Assembly (NCBI GenBank): GCA_965240325.2
Contig: OZ251230.1
Span: 868,001 to 932,000 of the forward strand
Length of the DNA: 64,000 nt
Reading direction: 5' to 3'
Origin: Rebecca billardiae RCC1528
Lineage: Eukaryota > Protista > Haptophyta
The position numbers and the translations under genes are program-made. Within the stretch, counting starts at the first letter, position 1, and each line of letters begins with the position of its first letter. This document shows positions 32,736-44,555 of the stretch, one piece after another. The notes under the pieces were generated by a model. It did not search any database and was not told the DNA's origin. It saw only the letters and a list, made by a program, of their open reading frames with translations.

Positions 32736-34305
32736 ATGACCGCGTTCCGCGGTCCTTTTCCGTAGAACCAACGCAGTTCGGGGCCCGCGGCGCAGTGGTT
32801 GAGAATGAGACTGACGAGTCAGTCAGTCCGAGTCAGAAAGACAGTTCAGCCACTCTGAGAGGGAGAGTCAGACCCGAGAAGGGCGAGAGGCGCGGACGGG
32901 CCGCGCGGGGAAGCGGGGCGGCGGCGCGCGCAGGGCGAGAGGGCGAGAGGCGCCGCGCGGCGCCGGGCCGGCGCGTGCGCGCGTGCGGGCGCACCTGCTT
33001 CAGCTTGCAAGGTGCTCGCGCTGCGCCATGCGCTCGACGAAGGGCCGCTGGTCGCGAGCCGGCGCGTGCGCGCGAGCGGGCGCACCTGCTTGAGGTACTC
33101 GCCCTGCGCCATGCGCTCGACGACGGGCCGCTGGTCGCTCAGCCGGCACGCCTCGTGCCGGCAGAGCGAGAGCGCGCGCCACCGTGCAGACTGCTGGCCC
33201 GCCGGCCTGCCGGCTGCGCAGCCGCGCACCGAGACCGACCGAGCGGAGCTCGGGGCGGTGGAACGAGGCGAGCGGCGCGTCGCGCCTGCCGCCGCGCGTG
33301 CGCGCCTGCTCCACCGCGCCGCCGTGCTCGCCCGCCGCCTCCTCCGCCGCGTCGGCCTCGAAGACGGCGGCTGCCAGCGGCAGGCTGAGCTGCGCGCGGC
33401 TCACTCACACTGTCTGTGAGTCCTCACGCTGCTGCCGCCGCTGCCGGACCTCCGCGCCGCCGTCGACCGAGTTGAGGAGGAGCTCGGGCTCGGCGTCGAG
33501 GCGCGAGCTCGCGTGCTCGAGCTCGCCCTTCAGCCGCGCGAGCTCCGGGCGCATCCGGCTCATCAGCTCTGCCGCGCCGCTCGCTCGGCGGCGGCGGGCG
33601 GCGCGCTCTGCTCCGGTCGGCGAGCGACGAGCTCGCGTGCTCCGGACTCGGCTCGCCCTTGCGCGCTGCTCCTCGAGTGACGAACGCGCCCGCGGGCAGG
33701 TTGTTGCCCGTCGCCCCCGCCGCGATCTCGCCGCCCCCGCCGCGATCTCGTCGCGCATGTGTCCGTGGCGCGCGCCTGCGAGGTGACAGGCGGGCCGCGA
33801 GCTCAGCCTCGGGGAGAGCGGCTCAGCGAGAGGGCGAGACGCGCGGCCTGCGAGGCGACAGGCGCGCTCGGGGAGAGCATTTTACTATTCACATTTAGAA
33901 GTGATCAAATTTCCCGGCGACAGGCGCGCTCGGGGAGAGCATTTTACTATTCACATTTAGAAGTGATCAAATTTCCCGAGCCCTTGCCTTGCCGTTTTTA
34001 TCGGTTGGCGGTTGGCGGCAATCTCATACTTAAAATCGCGCTCGTAACGAACCGTTACACTAATGTCACGTCCAGCTGACGTCCAGATCGCACTTTACTT
34101 AAGGGAATGAGCTGGGCGCGCTTTTTTTCGGCCTAATAGACCTCTCTATGCGATCTCAAAAACTCGAAACTCGGTCTCCGCCAGCCCTAAAAATCGCCCC
34201 CCGTCGGCCGTCCCTTTTTTCTTGATCAAAGATCTTTTTGAAACGTGGTTCGGGCCCGCTGGTGCGGGCTCCACGCTGCGCGCTCCGCCCTGCACCGCGG
34301 GCCAT
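32736..34305 (-). mobile_element. Helentron/Helitron2-like non-autonomous element, family A copy 1
   Basis: Plus-strand left end ATGACCGCGTTCCGCGGTC hairpin, spacer, GGCCCGCGG; right end ~270-bp conserved block ending CTGCACCGCGGGCCAT. Confidence 0.75.
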
Positions 34306-34749
34306 GACGAGTATTTCGTCACGGCACGGTCGCCAGCTGGCAGGCTGCCGCTGGCAGCATGCATGCACTCGGCAGTGACTCGGCGCGCGCCGAATGATAA
34401 CATGATATGTCGTCGCGTATAGGTCTGCTATATAGCGGGCCGCACGGTGCGCGCCCGGTGCGTTGCGTCATTGCAAGGTGGTGGCACGGCCGGGCCGACG
34501 TTGGTGTCGCCCTCGCGCTCAGCTCTGCCCGAGCGCGTCAGCACGTGCCTCCCTACGCGCCTCACGCTTGCTCCGACGCGGTGCGCCAGCGGCCGCCAGG
34601 GTGCGGAATTGAGCGAACAGGGCCGCGCCCGGGGTGCGGGCTGCGCGGTGCGCCGTGAGCACGGACGCTGCGGCGCCGCGGGCGGCCCGACAAGACCAGC
34701 GGCGCCAAGTGCGCGGTGGACGCGAACGGCCCGTCGCTCTCTCGCAGCC

Positions 34750-36216
34750 TCAGCCCGGCGGGAGCAGCGGGAGCAGCGGGAACTTTTGGATGGGCAGGCG
34801 CAGCTCCCTGAGCAGCTCGCCGTGGCTCCCGGCGAACCGCGCCCACTGCCGCCACGCCGCGCTGAACGGGAAGGCGCGGCTCATTCTGGCGGCGGGCACG
34901 TTGCCGTGGAAGGCGGTGCGCCAGAGCTCCTCGTACGGCAGCGGCATGGGCATGCACTCCTTATCCGAGGGCGAGCTCTGCAGCGGCACGCTGAGCAGCT
35001 CGCTCATCTTCCCGCGCGCCCTGCTGCGCATGCAGTACTTGCCGCGGCGCGCGAGTGTGAGCGTCGTCGCCTCGTACCCCGGCCTCCCGGTCTCGTCGAG
35101 CGCGGTGGCGAGCTTCTCGAGCCTGGCGACGTGCTCGCGGAGCTGCGCCACCCGCCCCTCCACCGCCGGCCCGCCGCCCAGCGCCGCGTGCGCGCGCCGG
35201 CGGTACGCCTCGCCGCCATACCGCGCCCACAGCTCGTGGTCGCGCGGCGCGGCCGCGCGCACGAGCTCGGCGCAGCGCGCGCGGTCGGGGCAGACCATCG
35301 GCGCGCCAAAGCCGACGGGCTCGACCTCGTCCTTCGTCGCGCGCACCTTGGGCGCCTTGCGCACGTACGCCACGTCGGGCAGCCCCGAGAGCCGCTGCAC
35401 GTGCAGCAGGTGCAGGTCGAAGTCCTCGGTGCTGCCGACCACGTCCAGCTGGTCGAGGGCGCTGAACAGCTTCGCCTGCTCGGCCGAGCCGAAGCGCGCG
35501 CCGAACGCGCGCGGGTTGCAGAAGGCGTAGCGGTGGGTCCAGTCGGGGCCCGGGTCCTCGCCGCAGATCGACTCGCTCGCGTTGAACAGCAGGTGCGACT
35601 GCAGGTCCGGGTACGCGCGCACGAAGTCCGAGAAGTTGCGGCCCCAGCGCCAGATCGAGCCCTTCGTCTTGAAGGTGCACGGCCGGCCCGCGGCCTTGTC
35701 CGCCTCGCACTTCATCGCGCGCAGCTGGCGGCCCATCACCGTCCAGTGGTAGAACGAGTGGTAGAAGCTCAGCGGCTCGCGCACGCGCGTGACGAGCGTG
35801 AGCGCGCAGCCGCGCGCGCGCAGCCGCTCGCGCAGCGCCGCGAGCCGAGGCACGTCGTCGATGAAGAAGGGCACGGGGAAGTGGAGCTCGATGCACGCGC
35901 GCAGCAGGGTGGAGCCGCTGGGGGGGTTCTTGTCGAGCTCGTCAAGCAGCCCGTACCACGTGCGCCACGGCATCATGTACCCCCACTCGACGCACCGGCC
36001 GGCCGCGACGTTGTTGAGGAACACCTCGCGCATCGTCGTGCCGCCGTTCTTGTGGTTGTGCCGGTCGATGATGATCGAGCAGTTGGGCTGCGGCGCGTGC
36101 TCCCACGGCGCTAGCGTGGCGACGGACGCGTCTGCGCGTCCGCACGAGCTGCGCCCGAGCAGCGCGAGCGCCGCCGCAAGGGCCGCTGCGCGCCACTGCG
36201 GCGCTGCTCGGCCCAT
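34750..36216 (-). CDS. Sulfotransferase-like (Sulfotransfer_2/Gal-3-O type), secreted/Golgi
   Basis: Signal peptide; RHNHKNGGTTMR (5'-PSB-like), VTRVREPLSFYHSFY (3'-PB-like), VVGSTEDFD. Confidence 0.7.
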   Translation of the reverse strand: MGRAAPQWRAAALAAALALLGRSSCGRADASVATLAPWEHAPQPNCSIIIDRHNHKNGGTTMREVFLNNVAAGRCVEWGYMMPWRTWYGLLDELDKNPPSGSTLLRACIELHFPVPFFIDDVPRLAALRERLRARGCALTLVTRVREPLSFYHSFYHWTVMGRQLRAMKCEADKAAGRPCTFKTKGSIWRWGRNFSDFVRAYPDLQSHLLFNASESICGEDPGPDWTHRYAFCNPRAFGARFGSAEQAKLFSALDQLDVVGSTEDFDLHLLHVQRLSGLPDVAYVRKAPKVRATKDEVEPVGFGAPMVCPDRARCAELVRAAAPRDHELWARYGGEAYRRRAHAALGGGPAVEGRVAQLREHVARLEKLATALDETGRPGYEATTLTLARRGKYCMRSRARGKMSELLSVPLQSSPSDKECMPMPLPYEELWRTAFHGNVPAARMSRAFPFSAAWRQWARFAGSHGELLRELRLPIQKFPLLPLLPPG

Positions 36217-36308
36217 GCCACCAACTCACACGGCTCGATCAAAACCTGGGTCCGGATGACCGACTCCATCGAAGTGCTCGAGCAGACGAGCACGAGCATC
36301 CGCCCAGC

Positions 36309-39300
36309 ATGGCGGCCAGGCGCGAGGGCGCGGCCGTGCTGCACAACTTGGACGGCGTCTTCTACAACGAAGACGGCGTGCTGCAGCGCGATCTCACCGT
36401 GCTCTGCCTGCGCGTGCACGCACGCCGCGCCTCGGCGCTGCGCGTCCTCGACGCGATGAGCGGCAGCGGCGTGCGCGCGATCCGATACGCGCGCGAGGTG
36501 CCGGGCGTGGCCGCCGTGGTCGCCAACGACGCGAGCGCGCTGGCGGTCGACCGCATCCGCACGAACGCGCGCGCCTCGGGCTGTCCGGACGGGCTCATCC
36601 AGCCCGAGCGAGGCGATGCGGCCACGTGCATGTACGCGCGCCCGTGCGCGTTCGATGCCGTCTGCCTCGACCCGTTTGGGTCCTGCGCGCAGCTGCTGCC
36701 GGCGGCCGTGCGGTGCCTGCGGTCGGGAGGGCTGCTGTGCGCGAGCTGCACGGACATGGAGACGCTGAGCGGCGCGCACGCCGACGCGTGTGCCGCGCGC
36801 TACGCCGTGCAGCCCCTCGACGGCGCGCGCTGCGGCCCGGAGCTCGCCCTGCGCACGCTGCTCGCGTGCGCAGCGCGCGCGGCCGGCGAGGCGGGCCGCC
36901 GTGTCGTGCCGCTGCTCGCCGTCGCGGTGGACTTCTACGTGCGCGTGGTCGTGCGCGTCGAGGACGAGGAGGTCGGGGGCGGGTGGGCGGGCCGGGGCGG
37001 AGGCGTCCAGCCCGCGCGCGACGCCGCCGGCTGCAGCACCTCGGCGTGCGACCGCGCGCCGGACGCCGCCGCGTGCGACTCGGCGGACGGGCCGCGCGCG
37101 TCTCGGCCGTTGGCGCCGACGGCTGCGGCGGCGCTGCTGGTCCGGCTCTGCGCCGGCTGCGGCACTCACAGGCTGCAGGCGCTCGGCGCGGAGCTCGGCG
37201 ATGCGTGCGCGCCGTGCAGTGTGTGCGACACGCCGCCGGGCGCCGCGCCGCCTCGCCCAGCCGCGCCGGTCCCGCGGGCTGCAGCGGAGCAGGCGGGCGA
37301 CGCGGCGCCGCAGGGGCTGGCACCGCAGTGGGCAGGCCCGTACTGGGCGGGCGCGCTGAGCTCGCGGCCGTTCGTGGAGGCCATGCTCGAGGAGCTGGAG
37401 GCGGAGGAGCGGCCTCGCGCGCCGCCCGCCGCGCCACGCTCGACCCTGGGCAGCGCGCGCCAGCTGCGCGCCCTGCTGTGCGCGCTGCAAGCTGAGCTGG
37501 GCGGCGGCGGCGGCCATGCTGCGACTGCCGCCGCGAGCGCGCCCGCTGCGGCGGGGTGGGAGGCGGCTGGGCGCGGGGGCGGCGGGGAGGCTGCCGGGCT
37601 CATGCCTGCGCGCGCGGAGGGCGGCGCCGGGCTCGATGGCGCCGCGCTGTACTACAGCCTGCCGAGCATGGCACGGCTCCTGTGGGCCGGGCGGTGCGAG
37701 CACGCCGCCCCGCCCTCCGGCGCACACGCCGTCACCGACACACGCGGCGCGCACGCAGACCGGTGCGCGGCTGTCGTCTGCCCACAGTGGTTGGATGTGC
37801 GCGCCGCGCTCCGGCGCACGGGCGGCGGGGTGCACGACGCGACGCGCTCGCACGCATGCCCGCAGTCGCTCAAGACTGCCGCACCGGCGCTGGCGGTATG
37901 GGCCGCGCTCGCCGCCTGCATGGAGGCGCGCGCGGCCGGCGCGGGCGCTCCACTCGGCCAGCGGCCGCAGCGGCCGCAGCAGCCGCAGCAGCCGCAGCAG
38001 GGGCCGGGCACGCCCCCGCGGCGTCCCCCGCAGCCCACGGGGGCTGAGGCGGCCGCGGGGCAAGCGGAGCCGGGATCGTGGCGCGGAGCGAGCGTGGCGG
38101 CTTTGGGCGCCGCCCCCGCATCCGCGCCCGCATCCGCGCCCGCGGATGCGCCCACGGCCGCGCGCAAACGGCGCAAGGTGGCGGCGCCGCCTGCGTGCTG
38201 GATGGCGGCGGCTCCTGCGTGCTCGTGTGCGCCGCCGCTGCCCTCGTCGCCCGTGCCAGAAGCCCCCGCTCAAGGCGCGGGCGAGCGCCATGCCCCCCCC
38301 TGGGCGGGCACACCCGCGGCCGAGGCGGCGCCCCAGCAGGCCGCCACTGCCGCAGCCGCCGCGAGCGCGGTGCACGCCGCTGGGGGCGAGGCCGGCAGCA
38401 GCCTCGCCGCGCGCGTGTGGGCGCGCGCTCGCGCGCACGACACGCGTGCGCAGACTGGCCTGGGCGGCGAGCTGGTGGTGCCGATCGCGCCGCGCTGTGT
38501 GGAGCACGGAGCGCGGACAGGCCGCGCAGACCCCGCGCACCGCGCGCAGCACTGCGAGGACCCGCGCGCCGCGCGCCGCTGGCTGTGCACGCAGGGCCCG
38601 GGCTGGGACCCCCCCGCCTGCCCGTGCGCGCGCGGAGCGGGGAGCTCGACAAGTGGCGGCGACGACGAGGAGGAGGACGACGACGGCAACGGCGGAGACG
38701 ACGGCGACGGCGGCAACCACGGGGCTGAGGCGGCTGCGCACGCGAGCCGGGCGGCGTCTGTGCCGCGCACGCGCCACCATCGAGCGCCACCGGAGCGGTC
38801 GGAGAGCCCCGCCCTGGGCGGCGAGGGCGGCGCCCTGTGGCTGGTGTGTGCGCGCGGCGCTGGCAGCGGCGCAGCAGCGCAGCAGCCCGCGCCCATGCCT
38901 GCCGCGCTGCCACGCGCGCGGCTGTGCGCGACGCTCGGAGACGCCGTGCGCCGCGCGGCCGCGGCAGACTTGATCCTCGTGTGCTCGGGTGTGTACCACG
39001 AGCAGCTGCACCTGGGCAAGCCTCTCACCATCGCGAGCGTGGAGGCGGCGGAGGCATGCGCGCGCTCGCCTGCGCGCGCGTGGCCGGCCGAGCGAGCCGC
39101 GCGCTGCTCCGGGCGGCAGCTGCTGGCGCGTGCGCTCTCGCCGCTGCCGCCCCTCGCGGACGCGTCGGCTGAGTGCTGGGCGTGCCACGGCGCGGCGCAC
39201 GCCGCACCGTGCACTCCCGGCCCGCCGCACGGGCACCGCGCCCCGCCGGTGCCCCCGTGCGCAGTCACAATCGTCCACCGCGGCCGCGGCGACGCTCTCG

Positions 39301-40316
39301 CGGTCAGCGTGCGCCCGGTCGCGGCGCTGCGGCCTGCGGCGTCCACGCCAGTCGGGATGGCTGGCGCGAGCCCGGCCGCGGAGGCGAGCGGCGCGCGCGT
39401 GCCGCACGACGGGACGCGCGCGGCTGAGCGCGCCCCCGCCGCGGCGCGCGCGCCCGCACGCGCCGGCGCGCTCGGCACCGTGCGGCTGCTCGGGCTGCGC
39501 ATCGTGCGCGCTGCGGCGCGCGGGGCGGAGCGGCGGCGTGGCGGCGGCGGCGCCAGGCCCGAGCCAGGCGCTGGCGGGCACGCCGTCGTGCTGCGCGGCG
39601 GCGCGCTCAGCGTGCGCCAATGCTCGCTGACCTCCGCCGCGGGTGCGGGCCTGCTCGTGTCGTGCGCCGCGCGCGCGCGCGTCTCGCGCACGCGGCTGAG
39701 TGGTAGCGCCTTCCAGGGAGCCTTCGCCTCGGGCAAGGCGCGCGTGCGCCTCTCGCACTGCGCGCTGACAGCGAACGGCGCGGCGGCACTCGAGGCGCGC
39801 GGCGGCGCGCGCGTGCGCGCCCATGGCTGCCTGCTCGCCGACTGCGCCAAGGCTGGCATCTATGTGCACTCCTTTGGCGCCGTCCGCGCGGAGCGGTGCG
39901 AGCTTGCGCGCAACGCGTACGCTGGCGCGGAGGTGGGCGCGCGCGGGAGCCTGCTGCTCGCCGAGAGCCACGTGCACCACGGGCGCAAGGGCGGCGTGCT
40001 CGTGCTGGCCAGCGGCGAGGCGCGCGTGCAGCGCGCGCAGCTCTACTCGAACGCGCTCGCACACGTCGCCGTGCGCGAGTACGGCCACTGCGAGCTCGAT
40101 GAGTGCTACCTTGGCCTCGGCGGGGCCTCGGGCGTGTTCGTGAGCGACGGCGGCCGAGCGCGCGTGCGCGGGTGCTCGATCGTGCGCAACCGCGCGTTCG
40201 GCCTCGAGGCCGTGCGAGGCGGGCGGATCGATGCACGCGAGAACCTCGTCGATGGCAACGGGCATGACGATGATGATGAGTATGACGCTGCAGCTGCGGC
40301 TGATGATGACGCGTAG
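36309..40316 (+). CDS. tRNA (guanine26-N2)-dimethyltransferase TRM1-like, fused to a C-terminal right-handed beta-helix
   Basis: VFYN...RDLTV, LRVLDAMSGSGVRAIRYARE, VVAND, FDAVCLDPFGS, GPYWAGAL; C-terminal CSGVYHEQLHLGKPLTI and G-V/I-x-V beta-helix repeats; may contain unrecognised in-frame introns. Confidence 0.75.
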   Translation: MAARREGAAVLHNLDGVFYNEDGVLQRDLTVLCLRVHARRASALRVLDAMSGSGVRAIRYAREVPGVAAVVANDASALAVDRIRTNARASGCPDGLIQPERGDAATCMYARPCAFDAVCLDPFGSCAQLLPAAVRCLRSGGLLCASCTDMETLSGAHADACAARYAVQPLDGARCGPELALRTLLACAARAAGEAGRRVVPLLAVAVDFYVRVVVRVEDEEVGGGWAGRGGGVQPARDAAGCSTSACDRAPDAAACDSADGPRASRPLAPTAAAALLVRLCAGCGTHRLQALGAELGDACAPCSVCDTPPGAAPPRPAAPVPRAAAEQAGDAAPQGLAPQWAGPYWAGALSSRPFVEAMLEELEAEERPRAPPAAPRSTLGSARQLRALLCALQAELGGGGGHAATAAASAPAAAGWEAAGRGGGGEAAGLMPARAEGGAGLDGAALYYSLPSMARLLWAGRCEHAAPPSGAHAVTDTRGAHADRCAAVVCPQWLDVRAALRRTGGGVHDATRSHACPQSLKTAAPALAVWAALAACMEARAAGAGAPLGQRPQRPQQPQQPQQGPGTPPRRPPQPTGAEAAAGQAEPGSWRGASVAALGAAPASAPASAPADAPTAARKRRKVAAPPACWMAAAPACSCAPPLPSSPVPEAPAQGAGERHAPPWAGTPAAEAAPQQAATAAAAASAVHAAGGEAGSSLAARVWARARAHDTRAQTGLGGELVVPIAPRCVEHGARTGRADPAHRAQHCEDPRAARRWLCTQGPGWDPPACPCARGAGSSTSGGDDEEEDDDGNGGDDGDGGNHGAEAAAHASRAASVPRTRHHRAPPERSESPALGGEGGALWLVCARGAGSGAAAQQPAPMPAALPRARLCATLGDAVRRAAAADLILVCSGVYHEQLHLGKPLTIASVEAAEACARSPARAWPAERAARCSGRQLLARALSPLPPLADASAECWACHGAAHAAPCTPGPPHGHRAPPVPPCAVTIVHRGRGDALAVSVRPVAALRPAASTPVGMAGASPAAEASGARVPHDGTRAAERAPAAARAPARAGALGTVRLLGLRIVRAAARGAERRRGGGGARPEPGAGGHAVVLRGGALSVRQCSLTSAAGAGLLVSCAARARVSRTRLSGSAFQGAFASGKARVRLSHCALTANGAAALEARGGARVRAHGCLLADCAKAGIYVHSFGAVRAERCELARNAYAGAEVGARGSLLLAESHVHHGRKGGVLVLASGEARVQRAQLYSNALAHVAVREYGHCELDECYLGLGGASGVFVSDGGRARVRGCSIVRNRAFGLEAVRGGRIDARENLVDGNGHDDDDEYDAAAAADDDA

Positions 40317-40406
40317 AGTCTATATATACATATATATATACATTGTATATGTATATATACACTGCTAGCTAGTGAATACGCGTACTACAGTCATTTCAAT
40401 AATAAT

Positions 40407-42006
40407 ATGACCGCGTTCCGCGGTCCTTTTCCGTAGAACGAACGTAGTTCAGGGCCCGCGGTGGCGGTGCACCCTCCGTCGCAGTCGTCTATTGACAGAC
40501 CAGTTGCATATGCCCGTACAACTAGACTCCAGCGGCGCGCCGCCGCCCGCCGCGCCGGGCGGGCCCATTGCAGCCGCCGGCGCGGCGCCGATTGTGTACA
40601 GGCGGATGCGACGAGGCGTGATCGACGCATGAGCGCGACTCCACGTGCACACCAGGCCACGCGGAGCTGACAGCCAGGGAGCACGGTGCGGGGCCGCGGA
40701 TTCGTTCGGGCCGCTGCTGCTGACCGCTGTCCCCGGGGTCACCCCCCGCGCCGGCAGCGCCCGGGATGATGCACTGGTCCGAGTAGGGTTCGACCAGCGC
40801 CTGCGCGACGGCCGACAGGCGGGCGCGAGGCGTGATCGACGCATGAGTGCAACTCTACGTGCACGCCAGGCCACGCGGAGCTGACAGCCCGAGGGAGCAC
40901 GGTGCCGAGGTGCGAGGGCACCGGTGATCCGGTTCGCGCACTCGCCGCGCGTGCACGGGCAGCTGACACACCTCGATCAGGCTCGGCACGCGTTGCAGAG
41001 GCACGGCCAGCTCTGGGGACGTCACGCACCACCGTCGCCCGCGCAGCTCGTCCTCCTCGTAGAGTACCGTTCAGTTCCGAGGCGTAGCCCTTGCTCAGAG
41101 TCGACCGACGATGGACTCGGATCGTCGGCGCGCCTGCTCTCTCTCAATCAAGAAGAGTTCTGGGAGACCCCGGAAAGGCATGGCAAGAGCGGCGCGTGGT
41201 GAAGTCGAAGGCTCAGAGATCGATCAGTCCGGCATCAGGCGCCGCTGCCCCCGAGCTTGCGAGAGCCCGAACACAGGGCGGCGGCTGCGGCGCCGGCTCG
41301 CGGACGCGCCGGGGCCGCGCAAGGCCGCGCCGAGGCATCGACAGGGCGGCAGGGGCGGCGGGGGCGCGCGGAGTGAGCGGGGGCACGACGAACGCGATGT
41401 CGACGGCAGTCGGGACCCGCCGCAGCCGCGCGCTCCAGGCGCCATTCGCCGCGCGCACCTGCCCATCGCCGTCCTCACCCGTCGGTCGCTCGTGAGCCTC
41501 GTGCCCGTGGCTCGCCTCCAAACGCGGGCCGCCTCTGGTGGGCCGCCGCCCGGGGCCACGCGCGCGCCCAACCAAGTCCGTTCGCGTCAGATAGTATTGA
41601 GATATACGCCGAGCTTGATGGGCCCTCTGCTACTGACCCTTGCCTTGTCGGCTCCTGATACAGATAGGGCGCGATTGAATGGTTGATCAACTGATTCAAG
41701 GGACGTACATTGTCACATCGGTTCGCGGCAATCTCACTATCAAACTAAATCGCTCGTAACGAACCGTTACGTTAAAGTCACGGCCGCTCACGTCCCGTCC
41801 ATCGATTGAATAGGGGAATGTCGTGGACGCGGTTATTTCTCCGTAATGCATGTGTAGAGAGGGTCTCAAAAATCGAAACTCGGTCACCGCCAGCCCTAAA
41901 AATCGCCCCCCGTCCCTTTTTTCTTGATCAAAGATCTTTTTGAAACGTGGTTAGGGCCCACGGAGCGGGCTCCACGCTGCGCGTTCCGCCCTGCACCGCG
42001 GGCCAT
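40407..42006 (-). mobile_element. Helentron/Helitron2-like element, family A copy 2
   Basis: Same two ends as copy 1, different interior. Confidence 0.75.
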
Positions 42007-42098
42007 AATATATATATATACTGTTAGCTGCTACTAGCTTACCTCTACTTCTGCTAGCGCAGCTATATATACTCTGAGTGGTTACTCTCTTATTGGCC

Positions 42099-42228
42099 GT
42101 GTTAGAGGAGTTGATGAAGACCCGCGAAAGCAGGACTGACGATGCGAGCTATTCGCGCGGTTCGCGCGACGAACCGAATAATAGCTCATCAGTCGTTTTG
42201 ATGCGCGGGTCTTCAACTCCTCTAACAC
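42099..42228. repeat. ~130-bp foldback hairpin (mini-MITE or structured RNA)
   Basis: GTGTTAGAGGAGTTGA(TGA)AGACCCGCG ... CGCGGGTCTTCAACTCCTCTAACAC, with partial inner pairing. Confidence 0.8.
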
Positions 42229-42599
42229 TCTGAATATTGAATATATATATATATTCAATGTTGATCTGCATCTATTGCGCTGCTAGCTGATTAATCATCA
42301 CCGGAGCTTATTATAATATGATCGACGAACTATAATATGACTGCTCAGCTGTCGTCGTGATTGCGCATATATTATAATAATGCATGATGACTGATGATGA
42401 TGGTGAGCTTGTTGAGCAGGCAGCCAGGCTGCTGACAGATGGAATTGGATCGGATGACTCATGGCGGATCGAACCGCCGGGTCAGTCGTCCGCCTCGCCC
42501 CGTGCATATATATCTGCTCTACCGTTCCACGACCACAGCTCAAACCGGCGGGCCAGTCGTCGTCGTCGAATCAGACGAATACAATAAGCCTGCCAGCCT

Positions 42600-42999
42600 G
42601 GCCGTTCTTCAACCCGCCGCGGAAAATTCGGCGAAGTTCGGCGAATAATCGATTCGCGGAGTCGCTCGCCAACGGGCCGTTCTTGAGCCCCCTCGCTCGA
42701 TTCGGATTCAGATTGTGTTTGGATCGCAATCCAGCGCCGCGCCCAAAATCGACGACGGACCATCGACCTCAATAGGATCTCGACCGATCCGACGAAAGTT
42801 GGGACGTGAATGATACGGATTCGTAAACTCAACTTTCGTCGTTGAACCCCTTCTTGTCCCCGGTACCGGTACCTGTTTTGTGGGTTCGGCGAATTTGCAA
42901 ACTGACGTCGCCGAGTCGGCGATTCGACAAATCCATGGCGACCCAATTACAAGAAATTCATTCGCCGAATCGCTCGCGGCGGGACCGTGAAGAACGGCC
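42600..42999. repeat. Imperfect inverted repeat-bounded segment (degenerate MITE?)
   Basis: GGCCGTTCTTCA..CCCGCCGCG..ATTCGGCGAA pairs with TTCGCCGAAT..CGCGGCGGG..TGAAGAACGGCC. Confidence 0.55.
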
Positions 43000-43858
43000 G
43001 GCTAATAAGGCAGCCTACTCGCTGTAGTAGTAATTATTATTGTTCAGAATCCCCCGGGGCCGTCCACGCGGTGCCACTCACCAGCGCCGGCAGCGGCCCT
43101 CACTCCTCAGACCAACCGTGCCGGCCAGACATGAGACAGTGGCCGTCACCGTCCGAACGTCACCGTGGGCGTGGGTACTGGGTGGGACGGCCCGCGCCCG
43201 CGGGGCGTCTGCGGGGCACCTTCGGTCGGGCGTGACCTGGGAGGCCGGCCGCGTCGAGCGCGGGGGCCTCGCGCCTGCGTTCCCTGGCGGCCGCGGTGTA
43301 GTTACTAATAGTTATGGCAGTCGGACCGAGTAAGTGAGTTACAAGTCCGAGTCACTTCACTCCGACAGTCACTAGCTGTTATAAATTTATGAGCAGTATA
43401 CTGTAGGCTCCGTAATCGCGCGCCATCGGGTCAGCCCGCCAGTGTCTGTCGGCCAGTCACTTACTGGTAACTGGAGTCACTGATCTTAGTTAGGACAGAA
43501 GTGATGATGAGAATCTGAGCTGAAGAGACACGGCGCCTGCTCGATCCTCATCATTGCCTCCCCGGTGCCCGGCACTCCTGCCACCGGGGCACCGTCTCAC
43601 TCGGGCGCGGACTAGCGCCGGCGACGACCGTGGCCGTAGTACGACTGCTCATCTTTGCAGGCAGCCGCCGGAAGGAACTCCGTCCGCGGCGCGGGCGCGG
43701 CAGACACTCGGCGGGGCCATTGTCAACTAGCTATGCCGCGCCGTCCCGAATTGTTATTTAATACGACTATTCATATTGAATGCGGGCGGCACCAGGATCA
43801 GACGAATGGGACGATTGGGATTGATCTAATAATAAATGATCGGCTGACGAACAAAATG

Positions 43859-43889
<31 letters not shown>

Positions 43890-43987
43890 AAAGTATAGCT
43901 ATGAGTCAGGGGTACAGGAGTCACGACTCTCGGTGACGCGCAGTCAGGTGTCAGATAAATATGATTGGATGCTCGACCTCATGCTGG

Positions 43988-44440
43988 CTACGCACTGCCA
44001 CCGTGGGCTCCTTGTGCCTGCTCATTGAGGTGTGCAATGGTCGCGTTGTAGTAGTCGACCAGCTTGTGCAGCTGCGCGGGCGTGTTCTGCCACATGTTGA
44101 GCTTGCGATCACGTGCCATGCGCTCGCAGTCGTTCCCGTACTTCTTCACGAGAGGCCTCACCTCAGCCATCTTGTCCTCGGGCATCGGAAGGAATTTCTT
44201 CGGCTTCAGCTCCGGTACTTCCTTCTCAATGATGCTTGGGCCCTTGCTCGCCGCGCGTGAGCTGTGATTTGCGTCAGTCGCGATCCCCAGCGAGCCATAG
44301 TTCTGCTGCAATGTCTGCCGCCGGTTCCATCTCGCCACCCTCGTGCTGGCGAAGAAGCCTGGGGAGACATGCTTGGTCGCTGGCTTCGCTTTCACCCTCA
44401 CCTTCGCGCTCGCAGCCCGGCGAGCCTTTTTCTTCGCCAT
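43988..44440 (-). CDS. NOP16: Nucleolar protein 16 (ribosome biogenesis)
   Basis: Basic N-terminus, WNRRQTLQQNYGSLGI, LVKKYGNDCERMARDRKLNMWQNTPAQL; ATG 44440. Confidence 0.85.
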   Translation of the reverse strand: MAKKKARRAASAKVRVKAKPATKHVSPGFFASTRVARWNRRQTLQQNYGSLGIATDANHSSRAASKGPSIIEKEVPELKPKKFLPMPEDKMAEVRPLVKKYGNDCERMARDRKLNMWQNTPAQLHKLVDYYNATIAHLNEQAQGAHGGSA

Positions 44441-44555
44441 CGTGGACGACGCGTCGAGCCACACGGACAGGCGAAAGCGGCGCCCCCGTGACGACGAATC
44501 CTGCTGCGAGCGCGGGAGCCCGGGACGCGGGGACGTCCTGGGTGGCCGGAGATTG

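Noticed and set aside
32846-33758. Intact multi-exon gene
   Set aside because: An in-frame stop and duplicated exon-like pieces lie inside a family A element; treated as cargo debris.
36111-40265. 1384-aa minus-strand ORF and similar long antisense or alternate-frame ORFs (e.g. 58183-61266, 55741-58893)
   Set aside because: Shadow ORFs of real genes in very GC-rich DNA; Arg/Ala-rich with no motifs.
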